Shown here: piece by piece, positions 1 to 12,600 of the stretch
How the letters are laid out: the number at the start of each line of letters is the position of its first letter
Position numbering within the stretch: position 1 is the first letter of the stretch
NCBI GenBank assembly: GCA_964247055.1
Contig: OZ176052.1
Span: forward strand, 2,728,001-2,792,000
Direction: 5' to 3'
Length of the DNA: 64,000 nucleotides
DNA from: Paragordius varius
Lineage: Eukaryota; Animalia; Nematomorpha
The notes under the pieces: model-generated
What the model was told of the DNA's origin: nothing
Databases searched by the model: none
The model's input: only the letters and a program-made list of their open reading frames with translations
Program-made: the position numbers and the translations under genes

Positions 1-1600
1 AGGGTGGAACTGAAGGGGAAATGAAGAAGGGTGAAAAACTTGATTTGAAACGGATGAAGGGGAAATGAAGAACTGGAACTTTAATAGAAACGGGTGAATC
101 GGAAATGAAGAAGAATGGAACTTGATTTGAAACGGATGAAGGGGAAATGAAGAACTGGAACTTTAATAGAAACGGGTGAATCGGAAATGAAGAAGGGTGT
201 AACTGAAGGGGAAATGAATAAGGGTGAAAAACTTCAATAGAAACGGATGAAGGGGAAATGAAGAACTGGAACTTTAATAGAAACGGGTGAATCGGAAATG
301 AAGAAGTGTGTAACTGAAGGGGAAATGAATAAGGGTGAAAAACTTCAATAGAAACGGATGAAGGGGAAAGGAAGAACTGGAACTTTAATAGAAACGGGTG
401 AATCGGAAATGAAGAAGAGTGGAGCTTTAATAGAAACGGATGAAGGGGAAATAAAGTAGGCTGGAACTTTAAAAGAAACGGATGAATCGGAAATGAAGAA
501 GGGTGGAACTTTAATAGAAACGGGTTAAGCGGAAATAAAGAAGAGTGGGGCTTTAATCGCAACAGATATATGGGAAATTAAGAAGGATGGAACTTTAATA
601 CAAACGGATGAATCGGAAATGAAAAAGAGTGGAATAATAGAAACGGATGAAGAAAAAATGAAGAAGGATGGAACTTTAATAGCAGATGAATCGGAAATGA
701 AGAAGAGTGGAGCTTTAATAGAAACGGATGAAGGGGAAATGAAGTAGGTTGGAACTTTAAAAGAAACAGATGAATCAGAAATGTAGAAGAGTGGAATAAT
801 AGAAACGGGTGACGGGGAAATGAAGAAGGGTGAAAAACTTTAATAGAAACGGATGAAGGGGAAATGAAGTGGAACTTTAGAAAGCGATATAAGATTAAAC
901 GATGCAACTTTTGATCGCAAGGATGGGAAAGAGGAATTTTAACAAACTAGAGGGATTCGAAGAAGCGTGGACTGTAAAACGTGTTATAAGGAGGGTGCAA
1001 TTTTTGAAATGGAAGATATAAAGAAGGGTAGACTTTTGACGGAGGATATGAGAGAGTTGGAGCTTTAGAAACGCATGATTAGGATAAGAAGACCGATCAA
1101 ACACGGATGGAAGAAGTGGAACTGTAAAAGAAGGGACTGTAGGAGAGATAATTTTTAGAAAGGGAGAATTTAAAGAATGAGGAAAGCTTAGAAACGGACG
1201 ATATGAATAGGAGTATTTAAAAAGGAATGAAGCGAAGATCCTTAGGAAGAGATAAATAGCATTGAAAAACGGTGGAACTTTGGAACCCGATGATAGAAGG
1301 ATCGAACTTTGGAAATAGGGGACATGAGAAAGGGTTGAAAACGATGAATAGGATTGAAAAGCGATGGATTGGAAACAGAAGATATGAAATATGATGGAAC
1401 TTTAGAAAGGGATGAATAAGCTTGCAGAAGGGAGCAATTTTAGAGAGGAGATTAAGAATGGTGTTAGAAGCCGAGCATAAAAAGAAGGGTGCAACTTTGG
1501 AAATTAAGGATATATATATGGATGGAACTTTTAAAAGGAGGCTACGAAAAAGGGATAAATTTTAGAAACGGAGGATATGAAGAAGGGTAAAACTTTAGAC
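1..1600 (+). repeat. 40-42 bp purine-rich satellite array (runs off window start; degenerate from ~900 to 1600)
   Basis: Recurrent unit such as gaaacggatgaaggggaaatgaagaactggaactttaata; G/A-rich on + strand; same family as 24770-30440 but opposite orientation. ORFs 578..907 and 895..1104 are by-products of the repeat. Confidence 0.92.
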
Positions 1601-2640
1601 CCCTTGTCCCGAATTACATAATTGCGCTTATGTATATTAGAGTATTTAATCAAAAAATCTTTTAAGAGTTAAAGGGTATTAAATTTCTGCTTATTAGATT
1701 GCGTTCGTCTATATATGATAAATATTATTAGTGATCGATTTTTTTATGCAAATTTAAATCTTACGTAAACTTTAATAAAAATGACATTTCCATATTTACT
1801 CTTATATAGTAAATTTTCAAAATATTTAGAATGATATATGGGATCTTAAAATTTTTGGAAATATAACGGAAAGATATTACCAAGTTTCATAACTCAATTA
1901 TATATGAATTTTTTATAGAATATAATAGACTCACAATTTTTTCACCCTTATATTTTTTACAATTTTCTCTGTAATAATTGCAACACTAAACCAAAAATTA
2001 TTATTTTATTTTAAAAGCGTTGTTTCCGAATCTATTATAAAATACATATATTATTGAAATAGAATGGAAAACAAACATCATAAATAAGGTTAAAATTATT
2101 TTTTTGAAATTGTTTTTTCAACTCTTTTTGTTATACAAAAGTATAATTTCGATCCCACAAAAACGGTTCAGGTTTTAATATTAATTTTTTTTTCATAAAA
2201 TTTTAAAGAATCTTATTCTAACTCAATTAGGAAAGCTAATAGCATTTATTTTTTATTTCCAAATTTAAAATGTCATTTTCATTAATGTATTAACTTCATC
2301 TGAAAAAATATAAAAAAAATCATTAAAGAGGAGGAATGTTTTTTACTCTGATTAAAATTGTTTCAAAATAATATCAAATAAAAAGCTTTTATTATTTGTA
2401 AAATTTCATAATTTGTACATTATTTCACCTAAAAAATTCATAAACCAAGCAGCTATTTTAAAACATCAAACACCTATATGACTTCATTGGATTGGATCAA
2501 CCCTTTAAACATTAATTAAGAGTTATAATAAATACAATTGACAAATAATTATATATAGACTAAATGCAACATATTCGAGATATTTATTAAAATATAATTT
2601 CTATATAGAAAAAATGGTTGGTCTTAAGATTTCCATATCG

Positions 2641-4002
2641 TTAAGAATTTCGGGTACACAGGATACAATAAAATTTATTGTGTATCAGTTTAGCAAGATT
2701 GATTGAGGGTAGTGTCAGGTACCAGAAAAAGTTTGTCGCATACGATAGTTCATAGATAAAAAATAATTTAATACGTATGGCTTTGAAATCGTGGACCATT
2801 TTAGGATACTTTTCTGGATTACTTAATTTATGGTATTTAAGAATAATTTCTAATGTTTGTACCAAACCCACAGGCATAATAGATATGAGGTGAAACAGGG
2901 ACACAATAATAAGTAATTGAGTTGCTTTGACATGCCTACTTTCTAGTCGACTAGACGTTATGTTTGTTTTTACTGATGATCTAGCTGTTTTTGAAGTTTC
3001 ATTTATGCTATTCTGTGTAACGCGTGTTTTCAATGATAACGTTCGCGTAAGATAGTTGTAATTTTGAGACTTATTTATTTTGCGCCCATTAATTGAAGTG
3101 TTAAGTTCAGAAGTTTTTACCACTTTAATCCCATTCTTGTTGGCAGACTCATTACTATTGTTATGAACTTTATTTGTATTAGGTTTATTGTGAGTATTTG
3201 CTTGTGCATCACTTAAAGTAGGAGTCTTAGGCGAAGAAGGTGTGACCATTCCACTTCTTTGCAAAGTATTAAAACGTTTTTTGGAACATAAAATACAAAT
3301 GATCCAAGTGTTAAATATGATAGTTATTAGGATGGGGATACAGGTACAAAAGAGTACAATATATATACTTTTGAATGAAATCTTAACTTGTCGGCTATAA
3401 ACATGCGTTCTCAACAACGATAAATTACTTTGGATGGTATTAAGCGTATCATTACTGTTAGTTAGGGTGAAGATGGTATTATTAAGCTTAATAGTTATAG
3501 GTGGTTTACGTCGACAAGATCGATACCCAAACACACTGTCCGTTTCTAAGCCATTGAAAGATAATTTAGATAAGCTGATGGATAGGTTAAGAAAGAAAAT
3601 TATGGTGTTAAATATAACGAATCTTCTAATTTGATGATTTGGTCGAAATGTTAACGGTTTTACCGTTACCAGCCATCGTTCGAACGAAAAAGCCACTATT
3701 GTCCAAACCGATTGAAGCTTATGGAATTCAAGCATAACACTATGTAACGTACATAACCATTGATATCGTACGAACAAATTATTGAACCAAATCCATTTGC
3801 TTCGGGAAGCACCGACCAAAAAATTTAACACAAGAGTACACGTATCCCAAACAGCTAGAGCCGAAACATACAAATTAAAAGAATTATAACGGCCTTGCAG
3901 TCCTCGTTTAGTGAATATGAAAAAAGCTGTGGTATTTAACACGCTCCCAATAGCAACTATTATGAATGTGTATGTTATGATGAAAGATTTATAAGTATGC
4001 AT
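2641..4002 (-). CDS. Class A (rhodopsin-like) GPCR, peptide-receptor-like, single coding exon, 453 aa
   Basis: Seven hydrophobic segments; TM1 GSVLN, TM2 LAVWD, TM3 C...SVWTIVAFSFERW (DRY-equivalent), long ICL3, TM6 MP, TM7 SYATNFFWY (NFxxY variant typical of invertebrate FMRFamide/sex-peptide-like receptors). In-frame stop at 4021-4023 upstream of the ATG. Confidence 0.88.
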   Translation of the reverse strand: MHTYKSFIITYTFIIVAIGSVLNTTAFFIFTKRGLQGRYNSFNLYVSALAVWDTCTLVLNFLVGASRSKWIWFNNLFVRYQWLCTLHSVMLEFHKLQSVWTIVAFSFERWLVTVKPLTFRPNHQIRRFVIFNTIIFFLNLSISLSKLSFNGLETDSVFGYRSCRRKPPITIKLNNTIFTLTNSNDTLNTIQSNLSLLRTHVYSRQVKISFKSIYIVLFCTCIPILITIIFNTWIICILCSKKRFNTLQRSGMVTPSSPKTPTLSDAQANTHNKPNTNKVHNNSNESANKNGIKVVKTSELNTSINGRKINKSQNYNYLTRTLSLKTRVTQNSINETSKTARSSVKTNITSSRLESRHVKATQLLIIVSLFHLISIMPVGLVQTLEIILKYHKLSNPEKYPKMVHDFKAIRIKLFFIYELSYATNFFWYLTLPSINLAKLIHNKFYCILCTRNS

Positions 4003-6633
4003 TAGTGCTAAAATAATCCTTTAAGGATCTTTCTTTTAAAAAGTTTAAAATATATAATTGTAGAGATTCAAAATATCATTAACACCTATGTTAAAGTAAA
4101 ATAGTGACACGAAAAGGATTTATTTTGTATATATAAATAAGAAATGCACTGTCTATCCGTTTTCTAAAGTAATGGTAAATATCTATCTATCGATTAAATG
4201 TTTTAATCATTTTATCAAGAGCCAAATTTTAATATTAAAAATTAATTAATTAGATAAATACATAGGTAATAAGCGTATTTCCTATTTGTTACATCCAAGA
4301 TTTTTGGATGATATATTCTGTAAATAGTATTTAAAATATTTATTACAATAGAATTGTCGTTATGAAATTTTGAAATATCTATAATAGATTTATATAATTT
4401 TCAATGCAATCGAAAATATTTAATTAATTAAAAAAATTAGAATGCTGAAAATTTTACCATTTTTCTAAAAAGAAAAATGCATTAATATCTGATAAAAATT
4501 TTAAAAATAAAATCTTAAAACGAACCTTTAACGTTATTTTAAAAATAAAAATATTTGGGCTCAAGAAATCCATGGATAAATTTTAATTAAAACAGCGGTT
4601 ATAGCCTAATTATTAATTATAATTTAAATTTGCAGAAGTTGTATAAATTTATGGAAAAATTGATAGAGTTACGCATTTAAATGATATTATTTATTGTATA
4701 AATTGGATTTTGACTAACTCTATTAGATAAGTCTTCTTTGAAAAAAACTTTTCAATAAACTGGGATAGTAACGTTGTTATTAAATATTAAATACATACAG
4801 TCAAACCTCTTTTTGTGCGGAACATCAGATATTTTAACTAATTTGGTCGGTATATAAATACAAAATAGACATATTTTATGCGAGAAAAAAAATCGCACTC
4901 AAAATATTTTTATTATTAAATAAAAAATATTAAACGGCTATTTTGACGCTAAAAAACGGCCCTTGTGAATTTTTGACGGGTAATATAATATGTGGATGAT
5001 GAAAATTGATTTATTTTAAATTAATGAAACCGATTTTTATTTTAATTAACTTACATTTCATAAGGGTTGATATTTTTATTATATAATGGTATTAATGATA
5101 AAATATTTATTAAAAAAGCAAATTAAAAATAATTTAATTACAAAACTATTAGTTTCGATTGATCAAAAGGCAAATCGTTTTCAAGTGGATAAAACGAATG
5201 ACTAAAAAATAATCTGCCTATAATCAGTAATCATAAAATATTTCGCACACAATGAAGTAAAAAGAACCCCACAGAAATAGTTTTCGGTAAATTTGGCTGA
5301 AAGGTTTTGTATCAATTTCGTAGGCGGCATATATATTGTAGCCATAATAATTACTCCCTTATATAAGCAGCCACGAAAAATATGCTTATGTTGATTATCA
5401 TACACTTTTCCCATTTCTCTCAGTTTAATGTTATGTAAATAAAAGTTAAATTATTGAGTTTATATAGCTTCTTTTAACTGCCCAAAATTTTCAATATTAT
5501 TTGATATACTCAATAGATATAAACCCCAAAACTGAAAATATCCCAAGTAATAACTACTTGTCTGTACAAGAGTATTGTTTTTCGAAATTATGAAATGCTA
5601 ATTAAATAATATATTATTTTGTTGAATTAAAAATCTATTTTTAATAAATATTTAAACAACCATATTGTTGTTTCTGTACTTTTTCACTTTACCCATAAAC
5701 ATATTAAAGAGAACTTACGATTTTAAACTCGATCTTTCCAGAAAATAGACCTAATTGAACTATTTCTATTATATATGCACGTTATATGGCATAGTTCTTC
5801 TTAGTCTATTCTCTGGTTTCAGCTCTATTTTAACAGTAGCCAGTCGTAACAAAAGAAAAGCTAAAAACTGTGATTTTTAAATTATTCCCAAAGCGAATAA
5901 ACCAAATGGTCATTTTTGAGTAATGATTTAGGTTGATTTTTTGCCTGTTGTTCAGTAAAAGCAGACTTCGATGGGAAAACGGACAAAATTGTTCAGAAAG
6001 GATTTTTGAAAATTACTTGGGTCTAAATGTAAAATGGAAGAAATGTTCAATAATTTTAGTACAGGAATTTGTTATTATTAATCAATTTATTAGCGTTAAA
6101 TTAATAACAATTTTTATTCGTCATGGCTATATCGTGGATATTAAAATATATTTAGTCTAAATAAAACTTATATTTTTATTTCAAAATCATCCAAATTTAA
6201 ATTAACTCATAAAGCTAATCAGAACCGTGTGTGACCATATTGTTTGGAAAACTGCCGATGCGCTCGTTTTAAAGTACCATAAAATAAATTAGTAAAAATT
6301 TATTTACATGACAAATGGTTGTAAAATTTATATGCTAGAGTTGCGCATGTACAATATAATTTATAACAAAAATTGTCTAAAAAGGAATATAGATATTGAC
6401 AAGATAATTGACATATTAAAGTGAGCTTTTGGACACAGTATTTTGATTATAAAATAATACTGGAATTTAGGGCAAAAAATACCGATTAGGTAAAATTTAT
6501 CGAATGAAACTTAATTGTAGTGCATTTTTTTCGGCTAGAAAACTTAACTTACAATGATTATTGTGTAATGAATATTATTTAATAATTTTGATAAAATTAC
6601 ATGTTATTATTCCAACTAAATAAGACAATTTTT

Positions 6634-9600
6634 TTATATTTCAACGGTTAATAATGCATTTTCAGGATCCACAAACAGTTCGGCCTGACACCCGTCATTA
6701 AATGCAAAAGAATAACCACCATCTATGACAATGCATGCATCCCAACAACGAGAACGAACTCTGATTCGATTAGCAAAACCTCGGGGTTGATCTATATCTG
6801 CCACAGCTGTAAAAACATAATTGTTAAATTTTGGAAAAAATGTAAATATTTAAATTTTTTAAAATTAAAGCAGTGTATTTCATTTCATTATATAATACTC
6901 TAAAACAAAATTTATTGAAGTTTAGTAAAAATATACCCATATATACTATTTCCATAAATGAAAATGTATTCTTTATACTCCTTAATGTAAACCATTAGTA
7001 AATCAATCCAATGTATTATGGTAACGAAATTTCAGTTGTTTTCATATAACATAAAAACAGTGTGCTTACTGTTAGTAACTGGATCACGTATGGTATATGC
7101 CATCCTAGGCTCATCCGGTTCAAAAATAAGTTTATCATTAAAAGTTTTACTAATGAGTTGCATTAATTTGGTATTGCTTGTGTCTATGGAAGAATGTGTC
7201 AATGTATTTGCTAAAATATTATGGGTAAAAGTAGCTACAGTTACAGTGTAAATTAGCATTGATTGATTATTTTTTTTATTAATTATTGCCAGATAGGATA
7301 TAACAGTAAAGAGCAATATGTTTGGCTTTAAATTTCTAAACATATTTAGTGTTTTTTTCGCCTTTTTCTTCCTTTTAGCCGATGATCTGCTCTTTACTGA
7401 AAATTGCCATTTGGCAATTTTTAATGAAAATAAATTAGTAATTTACTTCAGTCATTTAAAAAAACCAATAATCAAAACTTCTCGAATAAATTTAATGATA
7501 TGGGAAAAATAATCATGTAAGACACCATATATATGTATTACCAATTTTAAACAATTCTATAACGCTATGAACGGGTATTTTATTGATGTTAAAGGACCAA
7601 GACGATGAGCCTGTCCCAGTACATATGGTTAGACCTGAGCTTTTTTGTTTGATAGGAGGCAAATCATCAACTGATAATTCATAATATGATACGCTGGGAA
7701 AATAGAATATATATTAATTAAAATAGGAAAGTAATTGATTATATTATAGATTTCAATTTAATAATATTTTATTTTTTTTAATTTATATAAGCCAGTTAAA
7801 CGAAAACTTATTAATAAATTTTATTATTAGCTTGCTGATATTTGCACCAAATTATTCGAAATTGTTTTGATTCTCAAAAATAATTCAAAATTATAATTTG
7901 GAAGAAGTAAATAATTTTTATTTTCAACTTTAATATAATTTACTTTAATAGGAAGGAATGTAAAATTTGTACAAATCCTAAGGATAGAAATAAAATTATC
8001 AAAAAATCGGGGACATTTTATTTTTAAATTGCGCCTCTTTCGTAAAAAAGTTTTGACTTTTACCTCACACATTTTACGCCTTATTTTTTTTGACCTATAC
8101 CGTAATATATATTTTGATATGGATAAAAAACATAAACCTGAGTAGCCAAATGTCAAATTTAAATATATAATCCCTTCCTTATCATTCAGATATTATATGA
8201 AAACAAAACAAACTATCTATACCGTGAAGATAGAGATTCTCCAATAAATATTTCATTGAGCGCTAAATCAGGTAATGTAAAACTATGTATTTGACCACAA
8301 GAGTTTGTGCGATGCTGTTTATTTTTACCAACATCATTCATTATACTCGAATTTGTTTGACAGTGTGTGTTGTCTAAAGTGGTATTTATTGCGGCACTGT
8401 TATCATGAATATGATGTCCATTTGTGGGATGATTCAAATACTTTTTATAATGATAATTATTATATTTGTCAGGCGTTATTTTTGTAGTTTCCGATAACTT
8501 TTCATTGGTATTGTTTTTTCCATTGCATAGCAGTACATCATTGTATTGACCGTTTGGGGTATGCTCACCATTTTGTCCACTGTTATTGTTAGTGGTTTGT
8601 TGCTGATATTGATAAGCAGAGTTAGTGTGGTTAAATGTGGTTGAATGAATACCAAAATCTAAGTAAATTAGGAATATAAAGTAAGATTTTTTTTATTATA
8701 AAAGAAGTTTTAGAAATAAGATTTTGTTTTGTGTAAAAGTTAATTAAATTATTTTTAATCCATACATTTTAAAGCGCTTATATAAAATGATAAAACACTT
8801 AGCACTTATATCCCCACACAAAAAACTAAAAAACCCTAGTCTTAACCATTATCAGATCTATTCAATAACAACTTATTTTTACATATTAATATTTGATATC
8901 AACAGTATAAAGATCACTCACTTTTAGTTATTGACTGTGGAGTAGCCGTGTTGGGATATATTGTGGGACTAAACCTAGCATGATTTTCATATTCTTTAAC
9001 GTGTTCAAAAAACCGAAATTCAGGAAACACCAATTGTTGGTCATGTAATTTAACAGGCGAAACTGGATGAATATCCCGACCCGTTAGAACAACGCTAATA
9101 CGATTGCGTTTTAACCATCTACAAGCATAAAAAATGGTTCATTTTTATATTTTTTTAAAAAGTGACTATGGTTTACTGTGAATTTTCATTAAAAAGTTAG
9201 TTGTACCAAAGGGGTAAATGGTAATTAATATTAGATTGTCAAAAGCAAAATCTATCCTTTTCAGTATTTTTCATTTATATTGTATTCGTTTGCAAGTGTA
9301 TTTTTTAAACGAAAATATTTTACAATATTTAAAGAAAAACCCAAAACCATTCATAAATAAAAAAAATAATGCGCTAATTTCAAAAATTAATTAAAGATAA
9401 TCTGGGGTGATAAATGGGTCGCAATGGCAAGTTGAGCAAGTTTAATTAAGCCAGCGAGTGTACACTTGAAGATCGGTATAAAAAACACTTGAGTCAAGTC
9501 TTTTGCTTATGAATATAACATTTTTTTGCCACCTAATTCGAATTTTACAGATTTGATCACAGCCAAAATTTATTAAATAATGCATAAAAAGATAAACAAT

Positions 9601-12600
9601 CAACACAATATGCAATTTTTTTGGCATTTTATTAAATAAACCGCTAAATTTATGGAGGGATGTGTAGTTATAGTCAAAATTAATTTTTGCAATACTGTAT
9701 ATAAAACTTATCCATGAATTACGGTTTTTTATTATTAAGTTCTGTCTGAATCGGCTTTTTTTGATATGGACCATTGACCTTGTTCTTTTTCGGCCTCATT
9801 TACGTGTTGATGCTGACCTTTCCCAAAGTCAAGGATTACTCCAATGAGTTAGATCTCATAATGTGACCAAAAGTAAGATATAGTTTGGTGCGAATAGACA
9901 TGCCAAAAAATGATATATCAGGATTGTATTAGATATTTTATCGGACCATTTTAATTGATGAGATTTTCTCCAAACTCAGTGTGTTCAAAGGATTAGCTGT
10001 TCGTCGGATTTTAGAATCTATCATTCACACCCATAAAGAAAGGTTGTAAAAATAATTGCATTAGCAGGCCGGATTTTTATTTTAAAATTGACATCATGGT
10101 ATGTCCAAATTTTATTGTAATTACTTGTGTTGGCAATAGCCATTTTACTCTTAATAGGTATCGTCCCGTGTTAAACTCATGAAATATGTGAGGTTTTTAG
10201 TATTTCAATAAAGCTTTATAGTTACTTATGGCTAGCAAATTTTATGTTTATGTGTAGAACTTTTGTTTTTAAGAGATTTCTCTTTAGACCATATATATCA
10301 CAAAAACTACGAAATGTTGCAGTATTTGCAATAATAAGCTTGGGTTGTGTGCGAGAATAACCGTATCGTCTGCATATTTAATAAAAGTTAGAGCATAAAC
10401 TCCAATGTGTATGCCGAATATATCGGGTAAGTTTCTCATTATGCATTCAAGATATTCATTAAACAGAATAGACGATAACGCCGACCGGAGGTAACCCCAC
10501 ATTTATCATGTATAAATTAGTTTGAGCCTATGATTCATCAAAATATTAAATTAACACACATATTTCAGAGGTTTTATAAGAACGATAGTGAAATCCTGAG
10601 ATCAAACGCAAAATCGCCATGGCCAAACGGCAACAGTAATTAAAATAAAATTTAGACATCCCATTATGTAAGCTTAAAAACTTAAATATAGCTCACGAAT
10701 GCAATCATTTTTCCAACCTTTCTTTATGGGTAAAAAAATCCGACAAACAGTAAAGTCGAACTATGAGTGCGGAGAATATTTCAAATAGGATGATCCGACA
10801 TAATGATTAACAATATACAATTTACCCAAATCCTGATATGTTTCATTGCTTGGCATGTCGCTTCTCACCAAACTATATCTTGGCGACATTATGAAATTTG
10901 AATCATTGAAAAAATCCTTGATTTTAGGAAAGATTAGTGTTACACATTAAAGGGACCGAATAAGAACAAGGTCGATGGATAATATTTTAAAAGAAACCAA
11001 TTCAGCACTTGGTAGGCAAACCTCAATACTAAAACTAAAAACCGCATTAATAGCCAAGTTATTTTACAATGTTGTAAAATGTCGACCTCGATAGTAGCAA
11101 AACATTCATCCAAGTAAAAAAATAGTAATTAATATAGTATAGTAGATTAAAGCTTTTAGACACTTAAATTAATATATGACCTTCAAATTACATTAAAAAA
11201 GTAACTGTCAAATCCATTACGAGAAAGACCTTAAACTTGCCATATATATTTTGGCATTATTTGTTGTATTTTTAGACTTTTTCCTGTTCTGTTTTTTAAT
11301 TTACGTTGGACATATTGTTATTTTATAAATTAATTTGTCACTTAACAACACAAGCCAATTACCAGTAAATTTCAGTTTTTGTTAAATTTTTATGCAAAAA
11401 ATGGCTCATGTCTTTTGATACTTATGAGTAGTAGTTAATGTATTTTAAGGCCTATGAATAAAATATCTTTTGTAAATTTGCAATTTAGACAGTTTAAAAT
11501 TTTTTAATACCAGATTGTTAAATCCAAACAATTTTAAAAAAGCTGAAAATGCAGATTGGGAAAAAATACCCCAAAATTTTGCAATTATATATTTATTTAT
11601 GGTTAATATAAAAAACATTTATGGAAACTAAATTTTTTAAAAGTTTTAGCCATTTTCAATGTATTAATACAAAATGGTATTACTATAAATTGGAGATATA
11701 AAATTCTGCAATAATCAAATTACTTAAAGAGAGTAAATCTTCGTATTCAGAATAAACTTAAAAAAAGTTGAACGAAAATGTTTTGTTGTATTTTAATAAT
11801 AATATATTACACTGTATTAAAAACGTCGTCCAATAATTTATCAAGTGTAGTGTCAAAATGCTTCTGAAAATGTATTATCAAATAATATACTTATTAATAA
11901 TTATTAATAAATAAAAATGAAAAAAATATCTAAAAGAAACCCAACAATAAACTATATTTAAAGACACAAAAGTTACGTTATTCAATATTTCATTATACTG
12001 ATAAAAACTAGCTAATATGTTATCTAGCGTGGTGTCAAAATATTATGTACCACTATGCGGTAGGCATAGGTAACTCTCAGAACTTATTATTCAAAAAAAA
12101 GAGTTAAATCATTTTATCCCTTAATTCATTTAAAAGTTAATATATATGTATGTTACTTAAAACGTCCGGACAATAAGTTATCGAGCGTGGTATCAAAATG
12201 TTTCGTAGCACTATGTGGTAAGCATAAATAGCCCTCAGAATTTTGTGGATCCGTATTGAGTCCAATGACAGGTAGAGCAGACGAATGGATTCGATTTGCA
12301 GCCAGTAGAAAAGTCCCATCCCCTCCACACGTGAAAATGGCATCATAAGCATTAAGCAATTCCACATCATAATCTGTGCGCCAAACTAATTTGGCTTGTA
12401 TGTTACGTTTACTATATATTGCATTCAAATTCAATTTTTGGTTGATATAGTAAAAAACTTAATATACCATTTACAGTTCAAATTCACACCCCCTTGAACA
12501 ATTCAAATTCACCCTAAAAATAAATTATGTGTTCCCGAACTAATATAACTCATTATTAATATGAAATATCGCTTTATGGCATAGTTTATTATTTTTTCAG

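Noticed and set aside
4797-4830. Tc1/mariner-like end tacagtcaaacctc
   Set aside because: No matching inverted end found in the window.
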